Shown piece by piece: positions 9,820 to 19,380 of a DNA stretch of 64,000 nucleotides. The position numbers were made by a program, and so were the translations under genes. Every line of letters begins with the position of its first letter. Positions within the stretch are counted from its first letter, which is position 1. The DNA comes from Spirochaetia bacterium (GTDB lineage: Bacteria > Spirochaetota > Spirochaetia > UBA9216): the NCBI GenBank assembly GCA_965140585.1, contig OZ223264.1:224001-288000 (forward strand), written 5' to 3'. The notes beneath the pieces were generated by a model. That model was not told the DNA's origin. It made no database searches and worked only from the letters and a program-made list of their open reading frames with translations.

Positions 9820-10806
9820 ATGAGTTACGCAGGAACAAATACACAGTGCCAATTATCCATTGAATCAGTGTGGGGCACTAACCCAGGAACAGGCGATACC
9901 CTATTAGCAATACTCTCAGAGGGGATGAAATATAACATCGACACAGCGAGTGAAGAAACTCTGCTTGCCGGTAAGACTGTCTCAGGTGTTGATATTATGG
10001 GTGTTGGTGTTGAGGGTGATTTATCACTTTATGTACGGCCATCAACTATAGGATATCTGCTTGCACTTTCATTCGGAGAAGAGGGAACACCTTCTGTTAC
10101 ATCAGGTGGGACGCTCGCTTATGACCACATCTTTACATTGATAGAAGCAGATGCTGCAAGTTCACTTCCTTCTACCACAGTAATAGTTGATAGAAAGGCC
10201 GCAGTTAAAGCATATACCGGTTGTAAAGTTGACAGCATAGAATTCTCAGCGTCTGCAAAAGAGTATCTAAAATGTAAGTTAAACCTCAAAGGTAAGAGTG
10301 AAGAAACAGGAACTATCGATAGCGGATTAAGTAATCCTACATCATATAAGCCATTCAGATTCATTGAAGGAACAGTAAATGTAAATGGTGCTTCTGCTGG
10401 TTATATTACTTCATTCACAACTACTGTTAGCAACAACCTTGATGATGGTGAGCCGGTACTCGGAAGCGGAATATACGGAACAGAAACTGAGGTTCAAGGG
10501 CGTGAGGTAGCACTTACTCTTGAGTGTTTCTATGATGCCAGTTCAGAGTTAATCAGAGAGAATTACTTTAAAACAGGTAATGCAATATCAGTTGATTTGA
10601 TATTTGAATCCACTGCTGAAGCTGAATCAGGTATTCCATATACATTCAAATTGGAACTTCCAAACGTTGTGATATCAGATGCCAATCCACCTGTGTCAGG
10701 TAAAGAGAAAGTCAAAATGACTATAAACGGAACAGGTATTGAGACATCAGGTGAAGAGCCAATCACAGCAACAATAATTGATTTGAAATCAGATGCTTAT
10801 ATTTAA
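9820..10806 (+). CDS. Major tail tube protein
   Basis: ESVWGT N-terminus, YTGCKVDSIEFS, beta-rich; position in the tail module. Confidence 0.85.
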   Translation: MSYAGTNTQCQLSIESVWGTNPGTGDTLLAILSEGMKYNIDTASEETLLAGKTVSGVDIMGVGVEGDLSLYVRPSTIGYLLALSFGEEGTPSVTSGGTLAYDHIFTLIEADAASSLPSTTVIVDRKAAVKAYTGCKVDSIEFSASAKEYLKCKLNLKGKSEETGTIDSGLSNPTSYKPFRFIEGTVNVNGASAGYITSFTTTVSNNLDDGEPVLGSGIYGTETEVQGREVALTLECFYDASSELIRENYFKTGNAISVDLIFESTAEAESGIPYTFKLELPNVVISDANPPVSGKEKVKMTINGTGIETSGEEPITATIIDLKSDAYI

Positions 10807-10817
10807 GAAGGTAAATA

Positions 10818-11159
10818 ATGGAATTAAGTAAACTTAAAAGTTATACAGAGACAGTTGAGATAGTATTAGATGAGTTCTATGAGGGTGAAGATGTAAAAGT
10901 AATCATCAGAGAGCCAAAGCCTGAAGAGTTAAGCATTTTCAATGATGAGCTTAATGATAAGGGTGAAGCCGTTGCTTTAAAGAATCTGTTCTCAAAACTA
11001 ATCACTGAACATGGATTTACTCAGGCAGGAAAGAAGTGCTCAAACAAGGATGTTACAGAAGCCCTGTTTATGAAGATTGATGTATTCAAAGAGATAGGTG
11101 AAGTAATAGGTAAGATTGTTGAAAAAAAAAGCAGGATGAAAGAAACCTCAGAAGAATAG
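10818..11159 (+). CDS. Tail assembly chaperone (gpG-like)
   Basis: Between tail tube and tape measure; slippery A9 run near the 3' end. Confidence 0.8.
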   Translation: MELSKLKSYTETVEIVLDEFYEGEDVKVIIREPKPEELSIFNDELNDKGEAVALKNLFSKLITEHGFTQAGKKCSNKDVTEALFMKIDVFKEIGEVIGKIVEKKSRMKETSEE

Positions 11160-11398
11160 CATCTCACACATTCAGAGGTGAGTATATTGACCAAGATTTA
11201 GCGGATGAGTGGCAATCAGGAAAGTGGTTACCTCTTATCCGTATTTTTTTAGGGATTGTCCATAGACGTTACGGTCACTTTGTTACAATGCCTTTCTCTG
11301 GTGGTTACTGTGAACAGCCTGAAATGTTGATGGTCTATCTTGAAATAATTCAGAATGAGTTCTTTGGATATCTTGAAGAAATAAATAAACAAAATTAG
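11123..11398 (+). CDS. -1 frameshift extension of the tail assembly chaperone (gpGT-like)
   Basis: A AAA AAA at 11123-11129; the -1 frame is open to TAG 11398 and encodes KQDERNLRRIASH...MPFSGGYCEQP... Confidence 0.8.
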   Translation, partial: KKKQDERNLRRIASHTFRGEYIDQDLADEWQSGKWLPLIRIFLGIVHRRYGHFVTMPFSGGYCEQPEMLMVYLEIIQNEFFGYLEEINKQN

Positions 11399-11443
11399 TT
11401 CAAATCATAAAAAGCCTGTGTGGCCGCAATCTTTATCTTATGT

Positions 11444-13573
11444 ATGGCAAAGCAGGCAATTTATCACATTAAAGCCAAAGATGAGACTCAGCAGGGAATA
11501 AACTCTGCAATTACTTCATTACGCAACATGGATAAGTCCATAGGTTCTGTAGGAAAGAATTTATCAGGTCTTATAAAATTTGGTGCGGTTGCTGGCGGTA
11601 TAAAACTTGTAGCCAATCAGATTAAACAAAATGTTACAGCAATTGGCACTCAGCAAAAAGCAGAACTTCAGTTAGCAAGGACGGTTCAAAACTCTCATTT
11701 AATAAATGGTCAGGGATTAAAAAATCTAAAAGCATACGCTTCTCAGCTACAGCAAAACTCAATCTACGGAGATGAGCTTCTTATCGGATTAGAAGCCCAG
11801 TTGGTTGCTCAAGGGAAGACAGAAGAACAGGTTAAGAAGATTATGCAGGCTTCAGTTGACCTGGCTTCTGCTGGTGTAATGCCGCTTGAAAGTGCTGTAA
11901 AGAACATGGCTAAAACCTACAGCGGAATGTCTGGTGAGTTAGGTGAATCAATTCCTGCTATCAAGGAACTTACTTCAGAGCAGATGAAAAACGGTGCTGC
12001 CGTTGAGCTTGTAGCTCAGAAGTATAAAGGGATGGCTGAGACTGTTGCCAGTGGAGTAGAAGGTCAGAAGGTTCAGTTATCAAACATCATTGGGGATATC
12101 AGAGAGAATCTTGGTGATATATGGATAAATGTTGTTGGTGATTTTAATTCAAAGATGTTACCGGTCTTCAGTCGTATCAATGACTGGATTACTGAGCATA
12201 AAGAACGGATTATAAATCTGTTTCTTAACTTTCCTGTTATTGCAAAACGCTCATTTCAGTTTGCCTTTGATTACCTCAAAGAGATATTCAGTCTTGATTA
12301 TCTAACGAGCCTTGGTTCTTTCATGTGGAAGATATATGAGTCTTTCTGTTATTCAACATTCAATACGATAGCCAATTATCTTTCAGCAATCGGAATCACA
12401 ATCTGGGAGCCTCTTAAATATGGATTTGAAATGGTTATCTATGGAATCAAATCTGTATTTGTCGGAGTCATAAACTATTTCATAAATAAACTTAATGCAC
12501 TGGCTGAAGGTGCTCACAATGTTGCTCAAACCATATTACACCCAATAGATAAATCAAAGAGAACCGAGTACACAGGCGGGATTGCAACTCTATCAACTCA
12601 GATTGAGAAGCCACAGAACAATGTAATTAACAATATCAAATCAGCATGGGTAACAGCGACAGAAAAGACAAAATCATCATTGGCTGAAAGTGTTGATTAT
12701 ATAAAAGAAGGGTTTGTAGATTTCAAGGAATCAACCAAGGACCTCTCTGTTATAACAGAAGGTTTTGTTGATGATATAAATGAAACTCTAAACACTCCTA
12801 TTACCTTAAACACAGATGCAATAACACAGGCAATCAGTTCAGGGATAAGTTCTACTGATACACCAGATGATAAAGCCTCAGAGGGTTTTGATAACAGTGC
12901 TGGTAATCTGACACTCTCTTTAATAAATGGGTTTATAACCGGAGATTGGGCACAGCTTATAACATCAGTTAAAGATTTGGTTTTATCAATTGAACCACTT
13001 AACATGGTCTTGGACCCGTTGCTGATAATTGTAAAACAGCTATTAGAAACAATCACACCTTCGATTTCAAATGTCTTAACTCCGCTTATTGGGGTGGTTG
13101 CTGCAGTCGGTGAATTACTTGGAACTTTGGTTGTTCCATTGCTTGATATGCTTGTTCCGGTATTAGACGGAGTTGTTCAGGCGTTTTTACTTTTATATAA
13201 CTACGGTCTTCGGTATCTGTTTGACGGGATTATCTGGGTGTTTAACTTCCTACATAATGTCGTTGTCTATATTGCAAACAGTATCATTGGATTTATAAAT
13301 AAAGTATTCAAGACCAATTATAAAACATACTCATATAAAGACACATCAACTGCCGATTACCTCCCAAAGATTACAGCTGAGTCAATTACAAGCAGCGGAT
13401 CATCCTATGTTTCTGATAACTCATCTTCAGGTGGTAATACAGCCACATATACAGGGGTAAGAGACATCTATGTCTATGTGACTTACAACGTTGGAATCTC
13501 AGCCCAAGACGATAAAGACATTGCTTTAAAGATTAGAGATTTAATAAAAGAACAGGAGAAGCTTGGTTATTAA
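11444..13573 (+). CDS. Tape measure protein
   Basis: ~710 aa helical Ala/Ile-rich; IKAKDET N-terminal motif; follows the chaperones (ATG 11444 preferred over GTG 11420). Confidence 0.9.
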   Translation: MAKQAIYHIKAKDETQQGINSAITSLRNMDKSIGSVGKNLSGLIKFGAVAGGIKLVANQIKQNVTAIGTQQKAELQLARTVQNSHLINGQGLKNLKAYASQLQQNSIYGDELLIGLEAQLVAQGKTEEQVKKIMQASVDLASAGVMPLESAVKNMAKTYSGMSGELGESIPAIKELTSEQMKNGAAVELVAQKYKGMAETVASGVEGQKVQLSNIIGDIRENLGDIWINVVGDFNSKMLPVFSRINDWITEHKERIINLFLNFPVIAKRSFQFAFDYLKEIFSLDYLTSLGSFMWKIYESFCYSTFNTIANYLSAIGITIWEPLKYGFEMVIYGIKSVFVGVINYFINKLNALAEGAHNVAQTILHPIDKSKRTEYTGGIATLSTQIEKPQNNVINNIKSAWVTATEKTKSSLAESVDYIKEGFVDFKESTKDLSVITEGFVDDINETLNTPITLNTDAITQAISSGISSTDTPDDKASEGFDNSAGNLTLSLINGFITGDWAQLITSVKDLVLSIEPLNMVLDPLLIIVKQLLETITPSISNVLTPLIGVVAAVGELLGTLVVPLLDMLVPVLDGVVQAFLLLYNYGLRYLFDGIIWVFNFLHNVVVYIANSIIGFINKVFKTNYKTYSYKDTSTADYLPKITAESITSSGSSYVSDNSSSGGNTATYTGVRDIYVYVTYNVGISAQDDKDIALKIRDLIKEQEKLGY

Positions 13574-16500
13574 TGTTAGCTTACGTTGATTTTGGTTCAG
13601 GTGAATCAAACATTTCAGATTATATAATATCTTCCTCATTCAAGCGGACACTTCAGCTATGTAATGAAGAATTGTGCTATGTAGTTAACAAATGCAGTTT
13701 TGAAATCAAAGGTTCAACGACTCTGAAACTTCAGATTATGAACAGCGATGATACAACAATCCGGATAACTGAAGACGATGGAACAGCGTATTTTAAAGGA
13801 AAGGTAAGAGGAACATTTGAAACCAAAATCAGTTCTCAGGTAGGTAACCTAAAGGTTGAGTTGGTCGATAATCTCGATGACATAACAGCAACTGTTGAGA
13901 CTGTTGATATATGGTCTGGGTATAAGATATGTGACAGTTCAAATACTTCGGCTTCTATACTGCATCAACTCTTTTATTTGGCTGGTTACTCTTCCTCTGA
14001 TTTGAGCCTTGTGGATGTCGATGTGACAATTCCATATTTCTATTTGGAAGAGGATACTGCAGTCATTGATATTATCAGTGATTTAACTTTTCAATACGGT
14101 CAGGTGATTAACTGTGAACTCGATGGAACATTTAAGAATTACAGTATCTACTATGATGATTTAACAACTTCTTCTTATCTCAACAATACCAACATCTATG
14201 GTGAGCTTGGAATCAAGAAAGTTGAAGAGAAGTACAAATCGGTCAAGGTAATATGGAATCCTATCGAGTATGCAGCAGACAAGGTTGTCTTTTCAGATAT
14301 TACAAACGGAACAACTTTATTGCAATGTAATATTGAATTAGAACCTTCTCAGTATTACCAAGATGATGATGAGATATTTGCCAACTATACCTACAATGAT
14401 GAAGAGCTTGTCTATGTAGAAAATGCCTCTTTGGATATCAGCTGTGATGCTGATATTTCCTACTCAATAACTGAGGCTCCTAAGGGGGCTTATCTTTCTA
14501 TTCAGAATACAAACTCAACAATCAATGAGAACATTACAAAACTCGATATCACAGGTGATGTATATTATAAAGGTGCACAGCACACTGAATATTCTTCAAA
14601 CATTAGTGACACCAAAGATATAGAAGAGATTGAAGCCTCTTACATTTTTGAAGAGGCTTATGCTCAGAATCTTGCGAGTTATCATGCTGTTTACTACAAG
14701 TATTCTGATTTCAAATACACTGCCAAATCCAAAGACTATTATCCTATTGGGACACTTGTCCTGATAAACGAAACAGCATTTACCAACCTTGATGTTACTG
14801 GATTTGTCTCTCAGATTGTTGATGATGGAACTGGCTACTATACTTATACAATCTATTCAGTAAGTGAGTTCTCAGCACAGCCTATTACAACCAAAGTAAG
14901 TACAATCTCAAAGACCAACACCCAGATTTCAATTCCTACTATTGTTGAGGAAGTTTCAAATAATATTACCGTTGAAGGTGTTCCGACGTACAATGAGATA
15001 AACACAGGAGCTTCGTTGTTAAATGAAGGTTCTGCAACGACAACAATACCTGATGTGCCGACTGTTGTGGTTGAAGAATATTATAAATCACTCAGGATTG
15101 TTTACGATGTTCAAGACAACCTTTCAAACTTTAGCCACTATGAGATTCAGGTTTCAGCTGATGAATCAAATTGGTATTCATTGGCTTCAGGTTCAAATTG
15201 GAAAGATACTCTTAATGATACTACAGCTACTATTTTCTATTATCATACTCATGCAGGCATTCCTAACTCTGGAACAAGCCAAGAACCTACAGGAACAACT
15301 CTCTCATATAGAGTAAGACGTGTTACTTCTGCCAATGTTGAAAGTGATTGGTCAGATGTAGTAACAGGCACAACCAAGATTATCGAGACAGGTGATGTTG
15401 CTGCATCTTCAATAACTGCGGACAAGATAGAAGCTGGTTCAATCACATCTGATAAGTTATCAACAGACTTATTACAGACACAGATTGCACAGGTCAGCGG
15501 AAGTATCACTATTGATAGTTCTTATGGGTTTGTTGGGGTTGATAATGATACAAAGAGAAGAGTCTACCTCGATACTGATGAAGTGGTCGTCGAACAATAT
15601 AACGAAACAACTGGTGATAGTGTTGTTCAATGTAGAATGGGTGGAAAGATAAAAGGTGCACCTTCATCTTATATAATCGGAAATGGTTTAATTAAAAATG
15701 AAAATGTAGAGATTCCAACAGCAATCCCAGACACTACTTATAAATTCACATTTGAAACAGATTTCTCAGATACGACTGCTACTTATTATTTCTCAAATGA
15801 TACAGAAACAACACCAACTATAGATACATCAAAATATGTTTTTGGGACTCACTCCATGAAGCTTGTTTCAACTAATGGAGAATCTTCTGTTTCCGATTGG
15901 TTTATACCAACATGGACAGGTGGTAATCCATTCTTCTTTGCATCATATTTCTACATTCCTACTGGAACTACAGCTCACTTCTCTTTTCAAGTTGGAGCTG
16001 TGTATATGGATTGTGTGCATTTAGGTATTTCTACACTTTCGGGTTGGGCTGATGGGTATGTTACTAAAGATGGTGTTGATTGTGGTGCAACAGGAACAAT
16101 TGACATTCCATATGATGAATGGTTTCTCTGTGCAATAAGTTATGACCCTGTTTTAGATACATTAAGTGTATCAGTGAATGATAATTATATAACTGCAAGT
16201 ATTGATAATTCAACAGCTTGGGCTGGTTCAACAGATTATATGATGGGAAACATTATTTATTGGAATGATACCAGTGAAAGTATTTACATGGATGAAACTG
16301 TCTTGGATGTTGAAACTTTTATAGATATTAGTGAGGCAATTAAACAATACTCAAGAACTGAGACATGGAACATTGGTGAAGATATAAGTGATAACCTTTA
16401 TTTGATACCAGGAGAAGGCGGTTCTGTAATAATTGGTGGTGACATAACATTCTCAAATGCTTTTACGCTTACGGATGCAGAGATAACAACATTAAATACC

Positions 16501-17127
16501 ACAACGTTGAATTCAACAAATATAAATGGAACTCAAATATGTGCTGGGTATGACCCGAATGTTGATAACTCTGTTAGTTGTTCAAATTGGTTTCGTTCAT
16601 CAGGAAATACTGGGTGGTATAACGCTACTTATGCTGGTGGACTTTATATGGTGGATACAACATATGTTCGGACTTATAACGGAAAGTATTTTTATGCAAA
16701 CAGAGTTTATGGTGCTGTTGGTAATGACTATGCAGATGCCATAGAAATTGATGAAGAGTTGAATGTTGATTTTGGCTATGTCTATGTTAGAACTGCTGAA
16801 GGTAAAACAAGAAAGTCAACCAAATATGCAGAAAAAGGGATCATCGGAATAACTACAAATACCCAGTCTTTTACTGCTCATTCTTATGATGGAGAAAAAG
16901 ACAGATTACCAATTTCAGTTTCAGGATTTGTATTGGCTCATACAGATAGAATTTATAAATCAGGAACACCTCTTACTTCATCAAAAAATGGATTACTTAC
17001 TAAGGCTAGTCTGATTACTCGTGTCTTTAAACCTGAAAGAGTTATAGCAACGTTTTATAAAGAGATAAGTCAAAATACTTGGAATGATGTTGATGTAAAT
17101 AAAAGAAATATAGTGAGAGTTAAATAA
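13573..17127 (+). CDS. Tail tip/central fibre protein (hub + FN3 + LamG-like + fibre motif + C-terminal intramolecular-chaperone-like domain)
   Basis: YRVRRV..SDWS (FN3), SITADKI repeats, WFLCAISYD/YMDE (LamG-like), WFRSSGNTGWYN..GGLYM, GAVGNDYADAIE. Confidence 0.8.
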   Translation: MLAYVDFGSGESNISDYIISSSFKRTLQLCNEELCYVVNKCSFEIKGSTTLKLQIMNSDDTTIRITEDDGTAYFKGKVRGTFETKISSQVGNLKVELVDNLDDITATVETVDIWSGYKICDSSNTSASILHQLFYLAGYSSSDLSLVDVDVTIPYFYLEEDTAVIDIISDLTFQYGQVINCELDGTFKNYSIYYDDLTTSSYLNNTNIYGELGIKKVEEKYKSVKVIWNPIEYAADKVVFSDITNGTTLLQCNIELEPSQYYQDDDEIFANYTYNDEELVYVENASLDISCDADISYSITEAPKGAYLSIQNTNSTINENITKLDITGDVYYKGAQHTEYSSNISDTKDIEEIEASYIFEEAYAQNLASYHAVYYKYSDFKYTAKSKDYYPIGTLVLINETAFTNLDVTGFVSQIVDDGTGYYTYTIYSVSEFSAQPITTKVSTISKTNTQISIPTIVEEVSNNITVEGVPTYNEINTGASLLNEGSATTTIPDVPTVVVEEYYKSLRIVYDVQDNLSNFSHYEIQVSADESNWYSLASGSNWKDTLNDTTATIFYYHTHAGIPNSGTSQEPTGTTLSYRVRRVTSANVESDWSDVVTGTTKIIETGDVAASSITADKIEAGSITSDKLSTDLLQTQIAQVSGSITIDSSYGFVGVDNDTKRRVYLDTDEVVVEQYNETTGDSVVQCRMGGKIKGAPSSYIIGNGLIKNENVEIPTAIPDTTYKFTFETDFSDTTATYYFSNDTETTPTIDTSKYVFGTHSMKLVSTNGESSVSDWFIPTWTGGNPFFFASYFYIPTGTTAHFSFQVGAVYMDCVHLGISTLSGWADGYVTKDGVDCGATGTIDIPYDEWFLCAISYDPVLDTLSVSVNDNYITASIDNSTAWAGSTDYMMGNIIYWNDTSESIYMDETVLDVETFIDISEAIKQYSRTETWNIGEDISDNLYLIPGEGGSVIIGGDITFSNAFTLTDAEITTLNTTTLNSTNINGTQICAGYDPNVDNSVSCSNWFRSSGNTGWYNATYAGGLYMVDTTYVRTYNGKYFYANRVYGAVGNDYADAIEIDEELNVDFGYVYVRTAEGKTRKSTKYAEKGIIGITTNTQSFTAHSYDGEKDRLPISVSGFVLAHTDRIYKSGTPLTSSKNGLLTKASLITRVFKPERVIATFYKEISQNTWNDVDVNKRNIVRVK

Positions 17128-17639
17128 TGTCAGGTGAAACATTGGTTACTGATTCAAAATTCAGTCATTACTCATCCAGTTCATTTTCTGTTGGATCATC
17201 AGCTTATACATACGTACAAAGATTTGGTAGAGGTAATAGAGGTTATATGAATGGAACACCAAGAAGCAATATCTTCACTGATGATAGCTTTATTATGAGA
17301 ATCTATTACTACTCAGGAGGATGGGTTCAATCTGCATCAGCAGTTTGTTCTACTGATGGAACAGCCGTTGGTCTTTATTGTTCTTCAACAGATAGTTATA
17401 GAACCAGATGGTATTTTCTTTGGGATGCAAGGCCGTATGGTGATGGTAAAGCATATTTTGCTGGATATGGCAGAGTGGGGACTGCATACGCAATTAATCA
17501 CTCATCTTATCCTAGAGGAAAAAATCTTGCTTTGTATCGAATCACAAACTTTGGTTGTGATACTTCTAACACTTCAGCAACATCCGATAGTTCAACAGCA
17601 ATAACTACAGCACATTATGTATGTACAAAATATCAATAG
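17127..17639 (+). CDS. Aromatic/Gly/Ser-rich virion protein, possible receptor-binding tip
   Basis: Coupled to the tail gene (TAATG); Y/W/G/S/T rich. Confidence 0.45.
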   Translation: MSGETLVTDSKFSHYSSSSFSVGSSAYTYVQRFGRGNRGYMNGTPRSNIFTDDSFIMRIYYYSGGWVQSASAVCSTDGTAVGLYCSSTDSYRTRWYFLWDARPYGDGKAYFAGYGRVGTAYAINHSSYPRGKNLALYRITNFGCDTSNTSATSDSSTAITTAHYVCTKYQ

Positions 17640-17651
17640 GAGATTTTAAAA

Positions 17652-18089
17652 ATGGCTTTACTCGTAGATTTAAAAGCAGATAGTAATTACTCACAAATAG
17701 ATTTAACTGATGTCTATGTTCGTATAGATAGAGTTCAGATACAACCCAAGTTTGGGATTATGAAAATGACAGTAGAGGGTTATATCAGTCCTGATGTCTC
17801 GTCTGTTATTAGAGGAATTGAACAAGCACAGACAACCTTTGCTTCTAATTTCTTTGAAGAGGTGGGGAGTGATATTATTTCAGGCAGTTTGTATAACTCT
17901 GTCCAAGAAGAACGGAGTATGTTAGAACCACCTCCATTCACACAAGATTATCCAGTAGCACTATTCAATGATGTATTTACTGTAAGGCTAACTGAAGAGA
18001 CTGCTTCAACTTCTGTAGATGACCTTTATCCCATCTTATATGAAATGCTTAAAACAGAAACAAGATTTCAGAATGTCAGGGATGCTTGA
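17652..18089 (+). CDS. Phage protein, possible tail fibre assembly protein
   Basis: AGGAG SD; MAL...VYVRIDRVQI pattern; position after the fibre genes. Confidence 0.45.
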   Translation: MALLVDLKADSNYSQIDLTDVYVRIDRVQIQPKFGIMKMTVEGYISPDVSSVIRGIEQAQTTFASNFFEEVGSDIISGSLYNSVQEERSMLEPPPFTQDYPVALFNDVFTVRLTEETASTSVDDLYPILYEMLKTETRFQNVRDA

Positions 18090-18478
18090 TGGAAGAGGAG
18101 AGAAGAAAAGACAGAATTGATTTTCAAACTTATATGGAGGTTTTGGTGAGCAACGTAAAAGAAACTGTCAAAATAGAACTGACCTCTGTAAAGCAGGAAA
18201 TCAAGAACTTGGAAGAGAAGGTAATTACTCGCATTGACCTTCATGAAAAAGAAAGCGGTAACAAGATAACAAACATTGAAGAAGAGTTGGACTGTCTTAA
18301 AACCAAGGTCTCAAGTATTGAAAACAGAGTTGAAGCTTTGGAGTTGAAACCTATCAAGGATAATTCTGAGACAATAGAAAAGTTTAAATCAACATTCAAA
18401 AAGATTCTGTATACCACATTAGCAGGAGGGATAATCACTTTTATTTTGTATTTAATAAAAATGTTTTTAGGTGTTTAA
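18086..18478 (+). CDS. Coiled-coil protein with C-terminal TM helix (holin/antiholin-like)
   Basis: Heptad-rich body plus ILYTTLAGGIITFILYLI; first gene of the lysis cassette. Confidence 0.55.
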   Translation: MMEEERRKDRIDFQTYMEVLVSNVKETVKIELTSVKQEIKNLEEKVITRIDLHEKESGNKITNIEEELDCLKTKVSSIENRVEALELKPIKDNSETIEKFKSTFKKILYTTLAGGIITFILYLIKMFLGV

Positions 18479-18479
18479 A

Positions 18480-18944
18480 ATGTATATATTTCAAAATCAC
18501 AACGACCTGTATCCAGTTATTCAGGATGTGGGTTGTTACTTTCGGTCATGCCTTCATATTGCCGAGTTAGAAAGTCACAAGATTCTATCACCAACTCAGA
18601 TAAATAGATTATGGGATAAGGCAAATAGTTTAGGACAGATTATTGATTCTAATCTTAAAAAGCCAGGTCCGTTAATTGAACTTGGTTGCAAGGAGCTTGG
18701 ATTAGATAGGACTGCCTTTGATGTCGCAATCTTCAAGTATGGTCAGATTGATTATTATGGTTGGGTTAAATCACATCCTCAATACAAGAATTATAAATAC
18801 CTGATTCAGAAAGTTCAGACTGTAAATGATCATGAACATTATAGGGTTGTAGATGTATTTGGCAATGTAATATTTGACCCATATCATCCATCACCTGAAG
18901 TTAGCTTTATTTATAGTTCTATTCTGTTCTATGTAGGAGCTTGA
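18480..18944 (+). CDS. DUF261-like / C39 papain-fold protein, candidate endolysin
   Basis: Q..L...IQDVGCYF...QIN..W, HEHY, IFDP give a Cys-His-Asp arrangement; lies within the lysis cassette (alternative GTG start 18471). Confidence 0.65.
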   Translation: MYIFQNHNDLYPVIQDVGCYFRSCLHIAELESHKILSPTQINRLWDKANSLGQIIDSNLKKPGPLIELGCKELGLDRTAFDVAIFKYGQIDYYGWVKSHPQYKNYKYLIQKVQTVNDHEHYRVVDVFGNVIFDPYHPSPEVSFIYSSILFYVGA

Positions 18945-19307
18945 ATGGATGGTAAGAAAGTTATTATCAATATTACTTGCACTCTTGTTGTTTCAGCCTG
19001 CCTATACTTGGGCGGATTCTTTACTGCCAGAAGTATCTATAGTCGAGCAGTTGACGAATGTAATATTTCAATTGCAGAAAGTACAGAACGATATAACCAG
19101 TTATCAGAAGCTTATACAAGAATTACAGAAATCAATTCAGACTTACAAGGCAGACTCGATTCAAGCATCTTTGAAGCTGAAAGAGCAACAGGCATTATTA
19201 AATCAATATCAGAAGGACTTGGAAGCACATCAGGAGACATACAATCAATTATTGAATGCCTACAACGAATTGTTGAACAGATTAGAGAATATGAAGGTTG
19301 TGAATAA
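18945..19307 (+). CDS. Spanin-like protein A (N-terminal TM or VSAC lipobox + coiled coil)
   Basis: Hydrophobic N-terminus, heptad pattern, periplasmic Cys residues; AGGAG 5 nt upstream. Confidence 0.6.
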   Translation: MDGKKVIINITCTLVVSACLYLGGFFTARSIYSRAVDECNISIAESTERYNQLSEAYTRITEINSDLQGRLDSSIFEAERATGIIKSISEGLGSTSGDIQSIIECLQRIVEQIREYEGCE

Positions 19308-19380
19308 TATCTTAATCGGGACAACTGTCTCATTTGGCTTATTTGTAATCATTAAAGGTTTTATCATATGGAAAAGTTAA
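18949..19380 (+). CDS. Spanin-like protein B (cleavable signal peptide + coiled coil + C-terminal TM), overlapping A in the +1 frame
   Basis: MVRKLLSILLALLLFQPAYTWA-DS, Gln/Leu heptads, ILIGTTVSFGLFVIIKGFII; same AGGAG 9 nt upstream. Confidence 0.65.
   Translation: MVRKLLSILLALLLFQPAYTWADSLLPEVSIVEQLTNVIFQLQKVQNDITSYQKLIQELQKSIQTYKADSIQASLKLKEQQALLNQYQKDLEAHQETYNQLLNAYNELLNRLENMKVVNNILIGTTVSFGLFVIIKGFIIWKS

Noticed and set aside
3522-13573. Avoidance of CCWGG by the phage carrying the R-M system
   Set aside because: CCAGG/CCTGG sites are readily seen in terL, protease, tail tube and tape-measure genes; no count was made
16500-17639. Diversity-generating retroelement or shufflon acting on the tail tip
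   Set aside because: No reverse transcriptase or invertase, and no template/variable repeat pair or inverted cassettes seen in the window
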